This document shows, in pieces, positions 27,143-35,980 of a DNA stretch of 64,000 nucleotides. A program made the position numbers and the translations under genes. Position 1 is the first letter of the stretch, and each line of letters opens with the position of its first letter. The notes beneath the pieces were generated by a model, which was not told the DNA's origin, made no database searches, and saw only the letters and a list, made by a program, of their open reading frames with translations. Location of the stretch: NCBI GenBank assembly GCA_021324655.1, contig JAJPIP010000044.1:12840-76839 (forward strand), given 5' to 3'. This DNA is from Pseudomonadota bacterium. Lineage in GTDB: Bacteria; Chloroflexota; UBA5177.

Positions 27143-28069
27143 ATGGGTATGGTTGCGGGTGAAGTTGGCGCGGCAGAGATCGCTGTCCCGTCGCGGAGTG
27201 AGAAGATCTCGGCCTACGTCGCGGTGACCAAGCCACGCATTATGAGCTTGCTCCTGGTCACCACCCTTGCCGCCCTCCTCATCGCCGCCCGTCAACATCC
27301 GCTCCCCACATTGACCCTCTGGCGAGTGCTGGTGGCCACGATCGGCGGCGGCGTTCTGGCTTCCGGCGGGGCCGCCGCTCTGAACTGCTATATCGATCGT
27401 GATATCGATGTGGTCATGGCACGCACCCGGCGGCGGGCGATTCCGACCGGGACTCTGTCCCCGCGCGAGGTGCTGATCTTCGGTCTGTCGTTGACCGCGT
27501 TGTCGGTGGTGGTTCTGCTGATCTTCACCAACCCGCTGGCGGCCGTTCTGGCCTTCCTGGGGAACTTCTACTACGTCGTCATTTACACGCTCTGGTTGAA
27601 GCGCAGCACCACCCAGAACATCGTGATCGGCGGCGTAGCCGGTGCCATCCCGCCGCTGGTGGGGTGGGCAGCGGTGACGGGCGGTCTGGCGCTCCCCGCC
27701 TTTCTCCTCTTCGTCATCATCACCTACTGGACGCCTGCCCATTTCTGGTCGCTGGCGCTGCTCGTGCGGGGCGATTACTCGCGTGCTCACGTGCCCATGC
27801 TGCCGTCGGTGACCAGCCAGACGCACGCGCGCTGGCAGATCCTGGTCTACGCGCTGCTCGTCGTCATCGCCTCTCTCCTGCTGGGCGCTGTCCACGCCAT
27901 GGGCGCGATCTATATCGGCGGGGCGATCGTCCTCGGAGCGACCTTCCTGGGCTTTGCTGTGACCCTGGCCGCCCGGGGGACGGCGCGCCTGGCTCGCCGC
28001 ACGTTCCTCTTCTCCAATCTCTATCTGGCGGCTCTCTTTGCCGTCATGGTGATCGATCGCCTTGTCTGA
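27143..28069 (+). CDS. ctaB: Protoheme IX farnesyltransferase (heme O synthase)
   Basis: TKPRI, NCYIDRDIDVVMART, YTLWLKR, NIVIGG and WTPAHF motifs. Confidence 0.95.
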   Translation: MGMVAGEVGAAEIAVPSRSEKISAYVAVTKPRIMSLLLVTTLAALLIAARQHPLPTLTLWRVLVATIGGGVLASGGAAALNCYIDRDIDVVMARTRRRAIPTGTLSPREVLIFGLSLTALSVVVLLIFTNPLAAVLAFLGNFYYVVIYTLWLKRSTTQNIVIGGVAGAIPPLVGWAAVTGGLALPAFLLFVIITYWTPAHFWSLALLVRGDYSRAHVPMLPSVTSQTHARWQILVYALLVVIASLLLGAVHAMGAIYIGGAIVLGATFLGFAVTLAARGTARLARRTFLFSNLYLAALFAVMVIDRLV

Positions 28070-28634
28070 GGGGGTGCTCCCCGCATCCCGGCCGGCCTCG
28101 CAGCGTCTGATCGCGGGGGCACTGATTCTGGTCACGGCTCTCATCGTGATCGGCCAGCTGGTGGCGGTGTTCGGCGCATTTCGGAGTGACAGCGGGGCCG
28201 TGCCCATCCCCTCTCACGGTTCCGTCAGCCGGCGGCTCGATGCGGTATTGATCGATGCGCTGGGACCGAGTGACCGCGGCGTTCGCCGCTTTCGTCTGGC
28301 GCCCCCGGTCCATCACGGCAACAGCTACAGCGTCTCCATCATCTGGTCCCTGAACAACGACGTGGCGGAAGGAACCGTGGGAAACGGCGGCGCGGCCGAT
28401 GTCTACAACATGCTGCATGACCTGGCGGTATCCGGGATACCGATTTCCTCGGTCCGCCTCACCGGGACCTATCCCGTTGCCGGCCAGGAGCGCGTCGTGA
28501 TGCAGCTCGCCGCCGGGCGAAAACTGCTGGCGCTCCTGAAGTCGGTGGGAAGCGATGGCCTCGATCCGCAGTCGGCCTGGCCGCTGGTGGATCGGATGTA
28601 TGTCTATCCCCCCGTTCAGCCGACCGGAGAGTAA
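28062..28634 (+). CDS. Membrane-anchored hypothetical protein
   Basis: N-terminal TM helix; overlaps the ctaB stop. Confidence 0.7.
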   Translation: MSEGVLPASRPASQRLIAGALILVTALIVIGQLVAVFGAFRSDSGAVPIPSHGSVSRRLDAVLIDALGPSDRGVRRFRLAPPVHHGNSYSVSIIWSLNNDVAEGTVGNGGAADVYNMLHDLAVSGIPISSVRLTGTYPVAGQERVVMQLAAGRKLLALLKSVGSDGLDPQSAWPLVDRMYVYPPVQPTGE

Positions 28635-28674
28635 GTTCCTCCGCCGCAATTCCCGCAGATCTCCATGCATTGCG

Positions 28675-28813
28675 GGTAGGCGCAGGGCTTGTCCCTGCAT
28701 GCGTCAGGTCCAGGATTCCGTCGTCACGGACTGAGGAGCCCGCGACCAGACATGGAGTAGATGAACATGGGCCTGTGCAGGCGTCTCGCGCAGGGACAAG
28801 CCCTGCGCCTACC
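28675..28813. repeat. GTAG-type REP doublet (REPIN-like inverted pair)
   Basis: GGTAGGCGCAGGGCTTGTCCCTGC (28675-28698) and its exact reverse complement (28790-28813); each has a GTAG head and an internal hairpin. Confidence 0.8.
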
Positions 28814-28835
28814 GGCGGACGGGCCCGCTCGGTAC

Positions 28836-29531
28836 CTACCCCTTGCGTTCCGCTCCCACCATGAGGTGATACCCCCACGAGCCGGCCGGGATTAGATCCT
28901 CGGCCAGATACGCGCCGAAATAGAGATACTGCGCGATTGCGTGGATGCCCGGCAGGAAGGGGCGCAGCCCGAGGAGCAGCGGTAGGTGGATGAGCTCGGC
29001 CAGGCCCAGCCCCGTGTACTGCCGCTCGGTCATCTGGAAGTCCGGGGCCAGCAGTTCCGCCAGCCGGTCCGCGTCGTAATGGCGGTGCACCGGCGACTGC
29101 GGCCACGACGGGTCATCCGTGGGGGGACGTGCCCAGGGCAGCAGACGGGCGTACACATTGAGCGAGTCGAGTCCGGCAAGGGCTCCGCGGTTGGGGACGC
29201 TCAGGACGAGTTTGCCGCCGGGACGGAGCAGGCGGGCGACCTCGCGCACGACGGCCGTGTCATCCGGAACGTGCTCCAGGACATCCAGCAGGAGGAGACC
29301 GTCGAAGTAGCCGTTCGGGTATGGGACCTCGCTCGCCGGGCCGCACGTGAAGAGAGCGTGGGGAACAGCCGTCCGGGCGCGTTCGATGTACGTTGGGTCG
29401 AGGTCGTGGCCGTAGGTCTCGTACCGTCGTGCCGGCAGCCGCGTGCCGAAGCCAAAGGCACAACCCAGATCCAGGACACGCGAGCCGGACGGTAGGTCCA
29501 GCAGGGTGAAGGCACGGCCCCAGCGCGCCAT
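28836..29531 (-). CDS. Class I SAM-dependent methyltransferase
   Basis: VLDLGCAFG, DVLEHV and LRPGG motifs. Confidence 0.9.
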   Translation of the reverse strand: MARWGRAFTLLDLPSGSRVLDLGCAFGFGTRLPARRYETYGHDLDPTYIERARTAVPHALFTCGPASEVPYPNGYFDGLLLLDVLEHVPDDTAVVREVARLLRPGGKLVLSVPNRGALAGLDSLNVYARLLPWARPPTDDPSWPQSPVHRHYDADRLAELLAPDFQMTERQYTGLGLAELIHLPLLLGLRPFLPGIHAIAQYLYFGAYLAEDLIPAGSWGYHLMVGAERKG

Positions 29532-30235
29532 CAGGCGCCTCCGTAAGGCCCGCGGAGCGAGGGCGGTAAGAGGGCGGCGATCGCCGGCATGAGATCGTCG
29601 AGGTTGGCGGGCTCCGGGGCGCCGAACCGGATGTGCAGGCGATCATGCTCTTCGTAGATGGCAACGGGAAGCGCCGTGACGCCAAGACCGGCAAGGTGCT
29701 GGATCAGGAGGTGCGCGCCTCGCGATGGGCGGCGCAATCCACGATTTCGGCCCTCCGGTCCCTCCGGAAAGAAGCCGAGGACAGCTCCGTCGCGCGCGCC
29801 GCCCATCCAGGATCGCAGCGCTAGCGATCGCGCTACTGACCCGGTCGGCGGAAGTGCCGTCATGCCATAGAGATCGGCCACCCGGCGCAGGATAGGTCGG
29901 GTCAACGGAACCTCGGGTCCGCGATTGCGGGACTGCAGCAGGCGGATACCACCGATGGTCAGCCAGCGTACCGGCGGATCATCGGGCCGGCACGCGGCCA
30001 CCGCCAGCGTGATGGCAGCCCCCGGGAAACCGATCCACAGGCCGTGCCGCTGGTAGTGATTCGCGACGAGGAGAACCGGTCCGTTGGGAGGAATGTGCTC
30101 GGCACCCAGGACACGGGGCGGCGGGTCGACACGGGCGAGCAAGGTTGCCGCATCGTCAGCCAGGGATCGCCGGCCCGCAGGAAAGGCGGCGCAGAGCTGC
30201 GGCACCAGGGCCCACGCGATAGGGTAGCGGGCCAT
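29531..30235 (-). CDS. PlsC-like acyltransferase (candidate carotenoid-glycoside acyltransferase, CruD-like)
   Basis: LLVANHY, FFPEG, LPVAI motifs; TGATG coupling at both ends. Confidence 0.75.
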   Translation of the reverse strand: MARYPIAWALVPQLCAAFPAGRRSLADDAATLLARVDPPPRVLGAEHIPPNGPVLLVANHYQRHGLWIGFPGAAITLAVAACRPDDPPVRWLTIGGIRLLQSRNRGPEVPLTRPILRRVADLYGMTALPPTGSVARSLALRSWMGGARDGAVLGFFPEGPEGRNRGLRRPSRGAHLLIQHLAGLGVTALPVAIYEEHDRLHIRFGAPEPANLDDLMPAIAALLPPSLRGPYGGA

Positions 30236-31287
30236 CAGTAGGTCCGTCCTTTCCAGCGTGCGGTATGCAGGAGTGTTCGCCGCATCCCGTCCACTGCCAG
30301 GATCTGAAAGGTCACGGAGGCCAGCGGCTGGAGGAGCGCATAGCGGCGCGGCACTCCGAACCGGTCGAGCCAGGGCACGAGTCCGAGAACCGGCGCTATG
30401 AGGAGTGCACCACGCACCGGGCCGCGGGCCGTCATCATGGGCAGCGCGCCGCCGGCCAGCCCCGCCAGCACGGTGCGCAGACCGGAACGGGGCGCATGCA
30501 ACACGAAGCGAAAGACGTTTTTGCTGAGCCCATCCCACAGCGAGTGGAGATCGGGATACATCCGCACCGCCAGATCCTGCTCGGCGCGCAACAGCGTCAC
30601 CGGAAACCGCGCTTCTCGGGTCCGGCGCGCCAGCGCCACGTCCTCGACGAGGCTGGCGTGGACGGCCGCGTGTCCGCCGACCGCCTCATACACAGGGCGC
30701 GGAAAGAGCATGTACTGACCGTTGGCGACGTCGGGACCGCCGGGCCGGTTGATACCGGAGGCGCCGGCAAAATACAGCGCGTACGCGTAGGGCAGGAGCA
30801 GGCACTCCCAGAAGGTCCGGCATATCTGGCGGGCGAGCAGAGAGGTCAGGCCGGGCCGGCCGAGCGCGCGACTGAGACTTCGCGGACCGTGGATCGTGTC
30901 GGCATCCGTGAAGAGCAGCCATTCACCGCGCGCCTCCCGTGCCCCAACCCAGCAGGCGTGGCATTTGCCCGTCCAGCCGCGAGGCAGCGGACCGGCCGGG
31001 ATGACACGCGCTCCCGCCGCGGCGGCGATCTCCGCCGTCGTGTCCCGCGAGCCATCATCGACGACGATGATTTCCGCCTCTGGATACGTGAGGGATTGCA
31101 GCGAGTGAAGAAGCGCGGGCAGACGTTCGGCCTCGTCGCGGGCCGGGATGATGATCGACACGAGGCCGGCGTCAATGATCTCCTCGTCGCCAAGCGTCGG
31201 TAGGGCGCGGTAGTTCCTCTCCGCCTGCCGGGAGGACGTAGCATGGATGGCGAGTGCCAGCCGGCCTAAATATCGGCTGACGCCCAA
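30235..31287 (-). CDS. GT2 glycosyltransferase (CruC/CrtQ-like carotenoid glucosyltransferase)
   Basis: IIPARDE, VVDDGS, GWTGK, FTDAD, ANGQ, VEDV and VRMY motifs; TTG start inferred. Confidence 0.85.
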   Translation of the reverse strand: MGVSRYLGRLALAIHATSSRQAERNYRALPTLGDEEIIDAGLVSIIIPARDEAERLPALLHSLQSLTYPEAEIIVVDDGSRDTTAEIAAAAGARVIPAGPLPRGWTGKCHACWVGAREARGEWLLFTDADTIHGPRSLSRALGRPGLTSLLARQICRTFWECLLLPYAYALYFAGASGINRPGGPDVANGQYMLFPRPVYEAVGGHAAVHASLVEDVALARRTREARFPVTLLRAEQDLAVRMYPDLHSLWDGLSKNVFRFVLHAPRSGLRTVLAGLAGGALPMMTARGPVRGALLIAPVLGLVPWLDRFGVPRRYALLQPLASVTFQILAVDGMRRTLLHTARWKGRTY

Positions 31288-32645
31288 CCTGAGGCTCCGT
31301 TGGGGTAGGCACCATGCACACGGGCGTTCTGGATCGCACCGGAGCCGTCGATGGTCCGCGCTTCGATGCGGCCGCGGCGCGCGGGAAGGACAATGCGCCA
31401 CTGGACCCAGGCATCTGGTCCCAGACGGGGCCCAATCTCCGCCTGCAACCAGTGGCCGCCCGTGACCCGCACCTGCACGGCATGGACGCCACGATTCCCG
31501 GCAAAAGCGATGCCCGCCGCGAGTGTGCCGCTGGGGACGCGGCGCACGACGTCGATCCGCGTCGTCGTTTGGATCACCGGCATGTCGGCCCAGCCATGCG
31601 CCGCCCAGTGTCCCGATCCTGCGCTCGCCCGCACGCGGAGACGGCTCAGCCACTTGACGCTCTTGAAACCGTAGAGTCCGGGGATCAACAGGCGAGCCGG
31701 GTACCCATGGGCACGGTCCAGCATCACTCCATTCATACCCACGGCGATCAACGCGTCGGTGCGTCGCAGGATCTCGACCGGGACGCTTTCGCTGTATCCG
31801 TCCAGTCCGTCGATCTGCACCGTCGCTCCTCGCGCTCCGGCGAGGGACAGAACCCGGAAAGCCGGCACGCCCGTCCAGAGCGCATTGCCAATGAGAGGAC
31901 CTCCCACCGGATTGTCCACACACTCCATGGTGACGTAGCGCTGCTCGGCGCCGCGCAGGAGGTCGTCCAGCCCGAGCGAGAGTGGATGCGTGACCTCGCC
32001 GTCTACGGCGAGACGCCAGCCGGTCCCGGCAATCGGGTATTCCAGAACCTGATCGTTGACATAAAAGCCATCCACGGGCGTGACCAGCTCGGAGAGTCCC
32101 GGGATATTGAGATCGGTGGGCCGGCGGAAGGGAAATAGCCGGCGCGTGACGGCCGGGTGGAGGAGCGGGCGAACTTCATAGAGGAGCAGCAGGCCTGCTG
32201 CTCCTCCCACTATGCTGCCGCTCCGGAGCAGAAAGTCACGGCGGCCCGGAGCGTGATGCACGCGATGGACGACCGTCAGCCCGAGGCCGTACATGACGAC
32301 GGTCACGATGACCGTCAGGCCGATTGGTACCGAAAGCAGCATCAAGAGCAAGAGCAGGACGGACGGAGCGGCAACGAATGCCAGGCGGTGGAGAGGCGCG
32401 GCGATCGTCGCAGCGACTCCGGCACAGAGGAGAAGGCAAGCAAAGGCGCCCAGGAGCGCGGCCGGCCGGGCCCACCAGCCGGCGTGGAGGAGGAGGAAGT
32501 TGGCTATGGGCAGCGGCGTCGAGGCCATGAGCCACTCGCCGATTCCTTCGAGTGGCGAGGGGAGGCCGGCGACGGCGGCGAGTAGCGCGGCGATGAGAGC
32601 CGCCGGGACGACGGCGAGGAGACCGCCCTGATATTCTCGGGACAG
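31266..32645 (-). CDS. Membrane-bound sulfite-oxidase-family molybdoenzyme
   Basis: TMECVDN...GNALWTG, HGYPARL, GFKSVKWL; N-terminal TM helices followed by RRDFL; start codon unclear. Confidence 0.85.
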   Translation of the reverse strand: MSREYQGGLLAVVPAALIAALLAAVAGLPSPLEGIGEWLMASTPLPIANFLLLHAGWWARPAALLGAFACLLLCAGVAATIAAPLHRLAFVAAPSVLLLLLMLLSVPIGLTVIVTVVMYGLGLTVVHRVHHAPGRRDFLLRSGSIVGGAAGLLLLYEVRPLLHPAVTRRLFPFRRPTDLNIPGLSELVTPVDGFYVNDQVLEYPIAGTGWRLAVDGEVTHPLSLGLDDLLRGAEQRYVTMECVDNPVGGPLIGNALWTGVPAFRVLSLAGARGATVQIDGLDGYSESVPVEILRRTDALIAVGMNGVMLDRAHGYPARLLIPGLYGFKSVKWLSRLRVRASAGSGHWAAHGWADMPVIQTTTRIDVVRRVPSGTLAAGIAFAGNRGVHAVQVRVTGGHWLQAEIGPRLGPDAWVQWRIVLPARRGRIEARTIDGSGAIQNARVHGAYPNGASGWASADI

Positions 32646-32942
32646 ATGACCTATGCCGAATTTCTCGCGCTGTTCCTGGTGGTCCCGGTCGTCGTTCTGG
32701 CCGCTGCCGGTCCCTGGCCCCGCCGGCTCGGCCTGACGCTGGCCGCTCTGAGCGTCGTGGCTCTGCTCTACACCGCTCCGTGGGACAACATGATCGTCAC
32801 CGCCGGCGTGTGGTCGTACGGGCGAGGGCATGTCGCGGGGGTTGTGATCGGCCATGTTCCGCTCGAAGAATACGTGTTTTACGTCCTGCAGGTCGCCCTG
32901 GCCGGATTGCTGACCGCTCGACTCCTGCGGCGCTTTTCGTGA
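32646..32942 (+). CDS. Lycopene cyclase domain protein (CrtYc/Yd-type)
   Basis: YTAPWDN...W and PLEEYVF motifs. Confidence 0.88.
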   Translation: MTYAEFLALFLVVPVVVLAAAGPWPRRLGLTLAALSVVALLYTAPWDNMIVTAGVWSYGRGHVAGVVIGHVPLEEYVFYVLQVALAGLLTARLLRRFS

Positions 32943-33283
32943 CCCATCTCACCTACCTCCTCTTCGAGCTTGGCTGGGCGCTGCCGGTGTTGATTCTCCA
33001 GTGGTTGGTGGGACGGACGGTGCTGCGTCGTCACCTCCGCCCCCTCTTGATCTCGATCGGTATCGCGACGGTGTATCTATCCCTGGCGGATGCCTTTGCC
33101 ATCGCGCACGGCATCTGGGCGCTGCATGAATCCCGGATCCTGGGCGTGCGCATCGGCGACCTGCCGATCGAAGAGAGTATCTTCTTCCTGGCAACGAACG
33201 CGATGGTCGCGCAGTCGATCGTCCTCATCCATGGCGCGGGGGAATTACGGTGGATACCGGGGAGGAGCCGGCGTGCCGCCTGA
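32939..33283 (+). CDS. Lycopene cyclase domain protein (second subunit)
   Basis: D-x2-AI-x2-GIW and LPIEESIFF motifs; GTGA coupling. Confidence 0.88.
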   Translation: MTHLTYLLFELGWALPVLILQWLVGRTVLRRHLRPLLISIGIATVYLSLADAFAIAHGIWALHESRILGVRIGDLPIEESIFFLATNAMVAQSIVLIHGAGELRWIPGRSRRAA

Positions 33284-34727
33284 GACCATTGTGATTGGTG
33301 GAGGGCTGGGCGGCCTGGCCGCGTCGATTCGACTGCGTCTCGCCGGCCGGCGTGTACGGCTCCTGGAAAAGAATGGCCGGCTGGGAGGGCGCTGCAATCG
33401 GCTCGAGTTGGATGGGTTTACCTTTGATACCGGTCCCACCCTGCTTCTGATGCGCGATGTGCTTGACGACCTATTCGCGTGCGCGGGCCGCCGGCTCGAG
33501 GACTATCTCGACCTGGTGCGGCTCGATCCCAACTACGTGATCCATTTCGGCGACGGCTCAACACTGGAAATATCCGGGGACCTCGATGCCACTGCAAAGC
33601 AGATGGACGCGCTGGAGACCGGAGCGGGCGAGAGATTCCGTCACTATCTTGCCGATGCGGGCCGCAACTACCGAATCTCGCGGGAGCGCTTCGTGGAGCG
33701 CAACTTTTGCCACTGGCACGAGTTCTTCACGCCTGTCAACCTTCGATATCTCCTGGCGACGCACGCTCTCCGTTCCCTGGCACGCCACGTCGGCCGCTTT
33801 TTCGAGGACGAGCGGCTGCGTCTCGCTCTGAGCTTCCAGACGATGTATCTCGGTCTCTCCCCCGACGATGCTCCATCCATTTACTCGTTGCTGCCGTATA
33901 CAGAGATAGCGGAGGGCATCTGGTATCCGCGAGGAGGCATGTACCGGATCGTGACAGCGTTAGCCCGTCTGGCCGGCGAACTCGGGGTCGAGATCGAAAC
34001 CGGTGCCGAGGTGAGGGAAGTGAGCCGCGTAGAACGCCGTGTGACCGACGTCCGGACGGCGGACCGCTCCTACCCGGCCGACCTCGTCGTCTGCAACGCC
34101 GACCTGCCGTGGGCGTCCCGTGCTCTCTTCGATATCCCGCGGCGCCGCCGGCTCAATCCGGGCTCTTCGGCATTCCTGCTCTATCTCGGCCTCGACCGCC
34201 GGTATCCGTGTTTGCGCCACCACAACGTGTACCTCTCTCCCGATCCGGCAGCCAACTTCGATGCGATCTTCCACCGTCACAGCGTGCCCCGCGACCCCTC
34301 GTTTTACGTCTGCGCGCCCACCGGGACCGACCCGTCGACGGCCCCGCCGGGAGGAGAAGCGCTCTACGTGCTGGTTCCGGTCCCTGCCACGTCGCCGGCG
34401 ATTGACTGGTCGAGTGACGCTTCTCCGCTGCGCGAGCATGTGCTGGACCGCCTGGAACGCGATCTGCCGGGTCTCTGCTCCCACATCGTTTGTGAACGCG
34501 CCTATACTCCCACCGACTTTGAGCACGATTACCACATCAGCCGCGGATCCGCCTTCGGTCTCTCGCACGCCCTCCACCAGGTTGGCTACTTTCGGCCGTC
34601 CAACCGGGCTCTCGGCTACGACAACCTGTATTTCGTCGGCGCCAGCACGGTGCCTGGCGGCGGTATTCCCATGGTGATCATCGGCTCACGACTCGTGGCG
34701 GAGCGCATCGCCGAGGAGCGCCGCTGA
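33273..34727 (+). CDS. crtI: Phytoene desaturase
   Basis: GGGLGGL, GGR, FDTGPT, YPRGGM and NLYFVGASTVPGGGIP motifs. Confidence 0.92.
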   Translation: MPPETIVIGGGLGGLAASIRLRLAGRRVRLLEKNGRLGGRCNRLELDGFTFDTGPTLLLMRDVLDDLFACAGRRLEDYLDLVRLDPNYVIHFGDGSTLEISGDLDATAKQMDALETGAGERFRHYLADAGRNYRISRERFVERNFCHWHEFFTPVNLRYLLATHALRSLARHVGRFFEDERLRLALSFQTMYLGLSPDDAPSIYSLLPYTEIAEGIWYPRGGMYRIVTALARLAGELGVEIETGAEVREVSRVERRVTDVRTADRSYPADLVVCNADLPWASRALFDIPRRRRLNPGSSAFLLYLGLDRRYPCLRHHNVYLSPDPAANFDAIFHRHSVPRDPSFYVCAPTGTDPSTAPPGGEALYVLVPVPATSPAIDWSSDASPLREHVLDRLERDLPGLCSHIVCERAYTPTDFEHDYHISRGSAFGLSHALHQVGYFRPSNRALGYDNLYFVGASTVPGGGIPMVIIGSRLVAERIAEERR

Positions 34728-34728
34728 T

Positions 34729-35580
34729 ATGCAGGTGATGCGCGAGCGCGCCACGACGTTCTCTCTGGCGGCGCGCTTCCTGCCGCCGGCGATGCGCCGC
34801 GACGTGGGCGCGATCTATGCCTTCTTCCGGATGGTGGACGATGCGGCCGACCGTCCCGGTGACCGATCACCTGTCGAGATCCTGGAGCAGCTGGCGCGGT
34901 GGGAGGTTGAGATCGCGGGGGAGGCGCCTCCTTCACCTTCAGTCGCTCCAGTGCTTCGCGTCTCCGCTCGGTACGATGTTCCGCGCGCTCTACTATCCAT
35001 GGTGATTGAGGGCGCGCGGCGCGATGTCGAGGGGCAGCACATCGAAACCATGGACGATCTGCGCAGCTACTCACTCCTCGTTGCCGGCAGCGTCGGGATG
35101 GTGATGGCGCACGTGCTTGGCGCGGCCTCGCGCCCTGCCCTGTCCGCCGCGGCTGAACTGGGTATCGCCATGCAGCTGACGAACGTCGCCAGAGACGTAG
35201 GAGAAGACATGGCACAGGGTCGGTGCTACCTGCCGGCCGGCTTGCTGACGGCCGCCGGGACCGCCCGACAGGATCTCGTGGAGGGTCGGGTGACCGCCGG
35301 GTTCGTTCAGGTCATGCAGGCGGTTGTCGGGGAGGCGCGTGCGTCCTACCGGCGCGGAATCTCCGGTATCGGATATCTCCCGTCCGAGGTGCGTCCGTCC
35401 ATCCTGATTGCTGCCCGGCTCTACGCGGCGATCCTCGAGGAGATCGAGCAGAAGGACTACGACGTCTTCTCCACCCGGGCATGCCTCTCTGCCGCGCGGC
35501 GTCGAGACCTCGTGCTCGCCGCGCTCCTGGGCGCGGCGCACGGTGATAGCCAGGCCGAATTCGACTCAGCCGTTTCATAA
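34729..35580 (+). CDS. crtB: Phytoene synthase
   Basis: DDAAD, VAGSVG, LGIAMQLTNVARDVGED and GRCYLP motifs. Confidence 0.92.
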   Translation: MQVMRERATTFSLAARFLPPAMRRDVGAIYAFFRMVDDAADRPGDRSPVEILEQLARWEVEIAGEAPPSPSVAPVLRVSARYDVPRALLSMVIEGARRDVEGQHIETMDDLRSYSLLVAGSVGMVMAHVLGAASRPALSAAAELGIAMQLTNVARDVGEDMAQGRCYLPAGLLTAAGTARQDLVEGRVTAGFVQVMQAVVGEARASYRRGISGIGYLPSEVRPSILIAARLYAAILEEIEQKDYDVFSTRACLSAARRRDLVLAALLGAAHGDSQAEFDSAVS

Positions 35581-35674
35581 CCGGCTGTCATCAAACCGTC
35601 ACAAATATCTCAAGAAACCATCATGCCGGCTCGGTACGCTTGAGTCATCAAGCCAAGACAGAGGAGAGCCTGCC

Positions 35675-35902
35675 ATGAAGACACGAAACCTCAATCTGCG
35701 ACTGCTGCACAACGGAGACACGGTTGTCGCCGAGCTCAGCGATCCCGCCACCGAGACGGTCACGTCCACGCAATCGCCGACCGACCTGGTTCGACTGATC
35801 TGGGAGCAGTCGGATGCACTGCGTCCCGCGCAGTCCACGCGGCTGGGTGAGCTGCTGACCTCCCATCGCTCGTCCCTCGAGCAAGAGCGGGCCAGCGCCT
35901 AG
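35675..35902 (+). CDS. Small hypothetical protein
   Basis: SD GAGGAG; 75-aa ORF beginning MKTRNLNLRL. Confidence 0.6.
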   Translation: MKTRNLNLRLLHNGDTVVAELSDPATETVTSTQSPTDLVRLIWEQSDALRPAQSTRLGELLTSHRSSLEQERASA

Positions 35903-35980
35903 CAGCCGATCGGCGCAGCCGGACCCGCGCGGAAAGAGATATGACAGCGGCGGATGGAGCACCCATCCGCCGCTGTCTCT

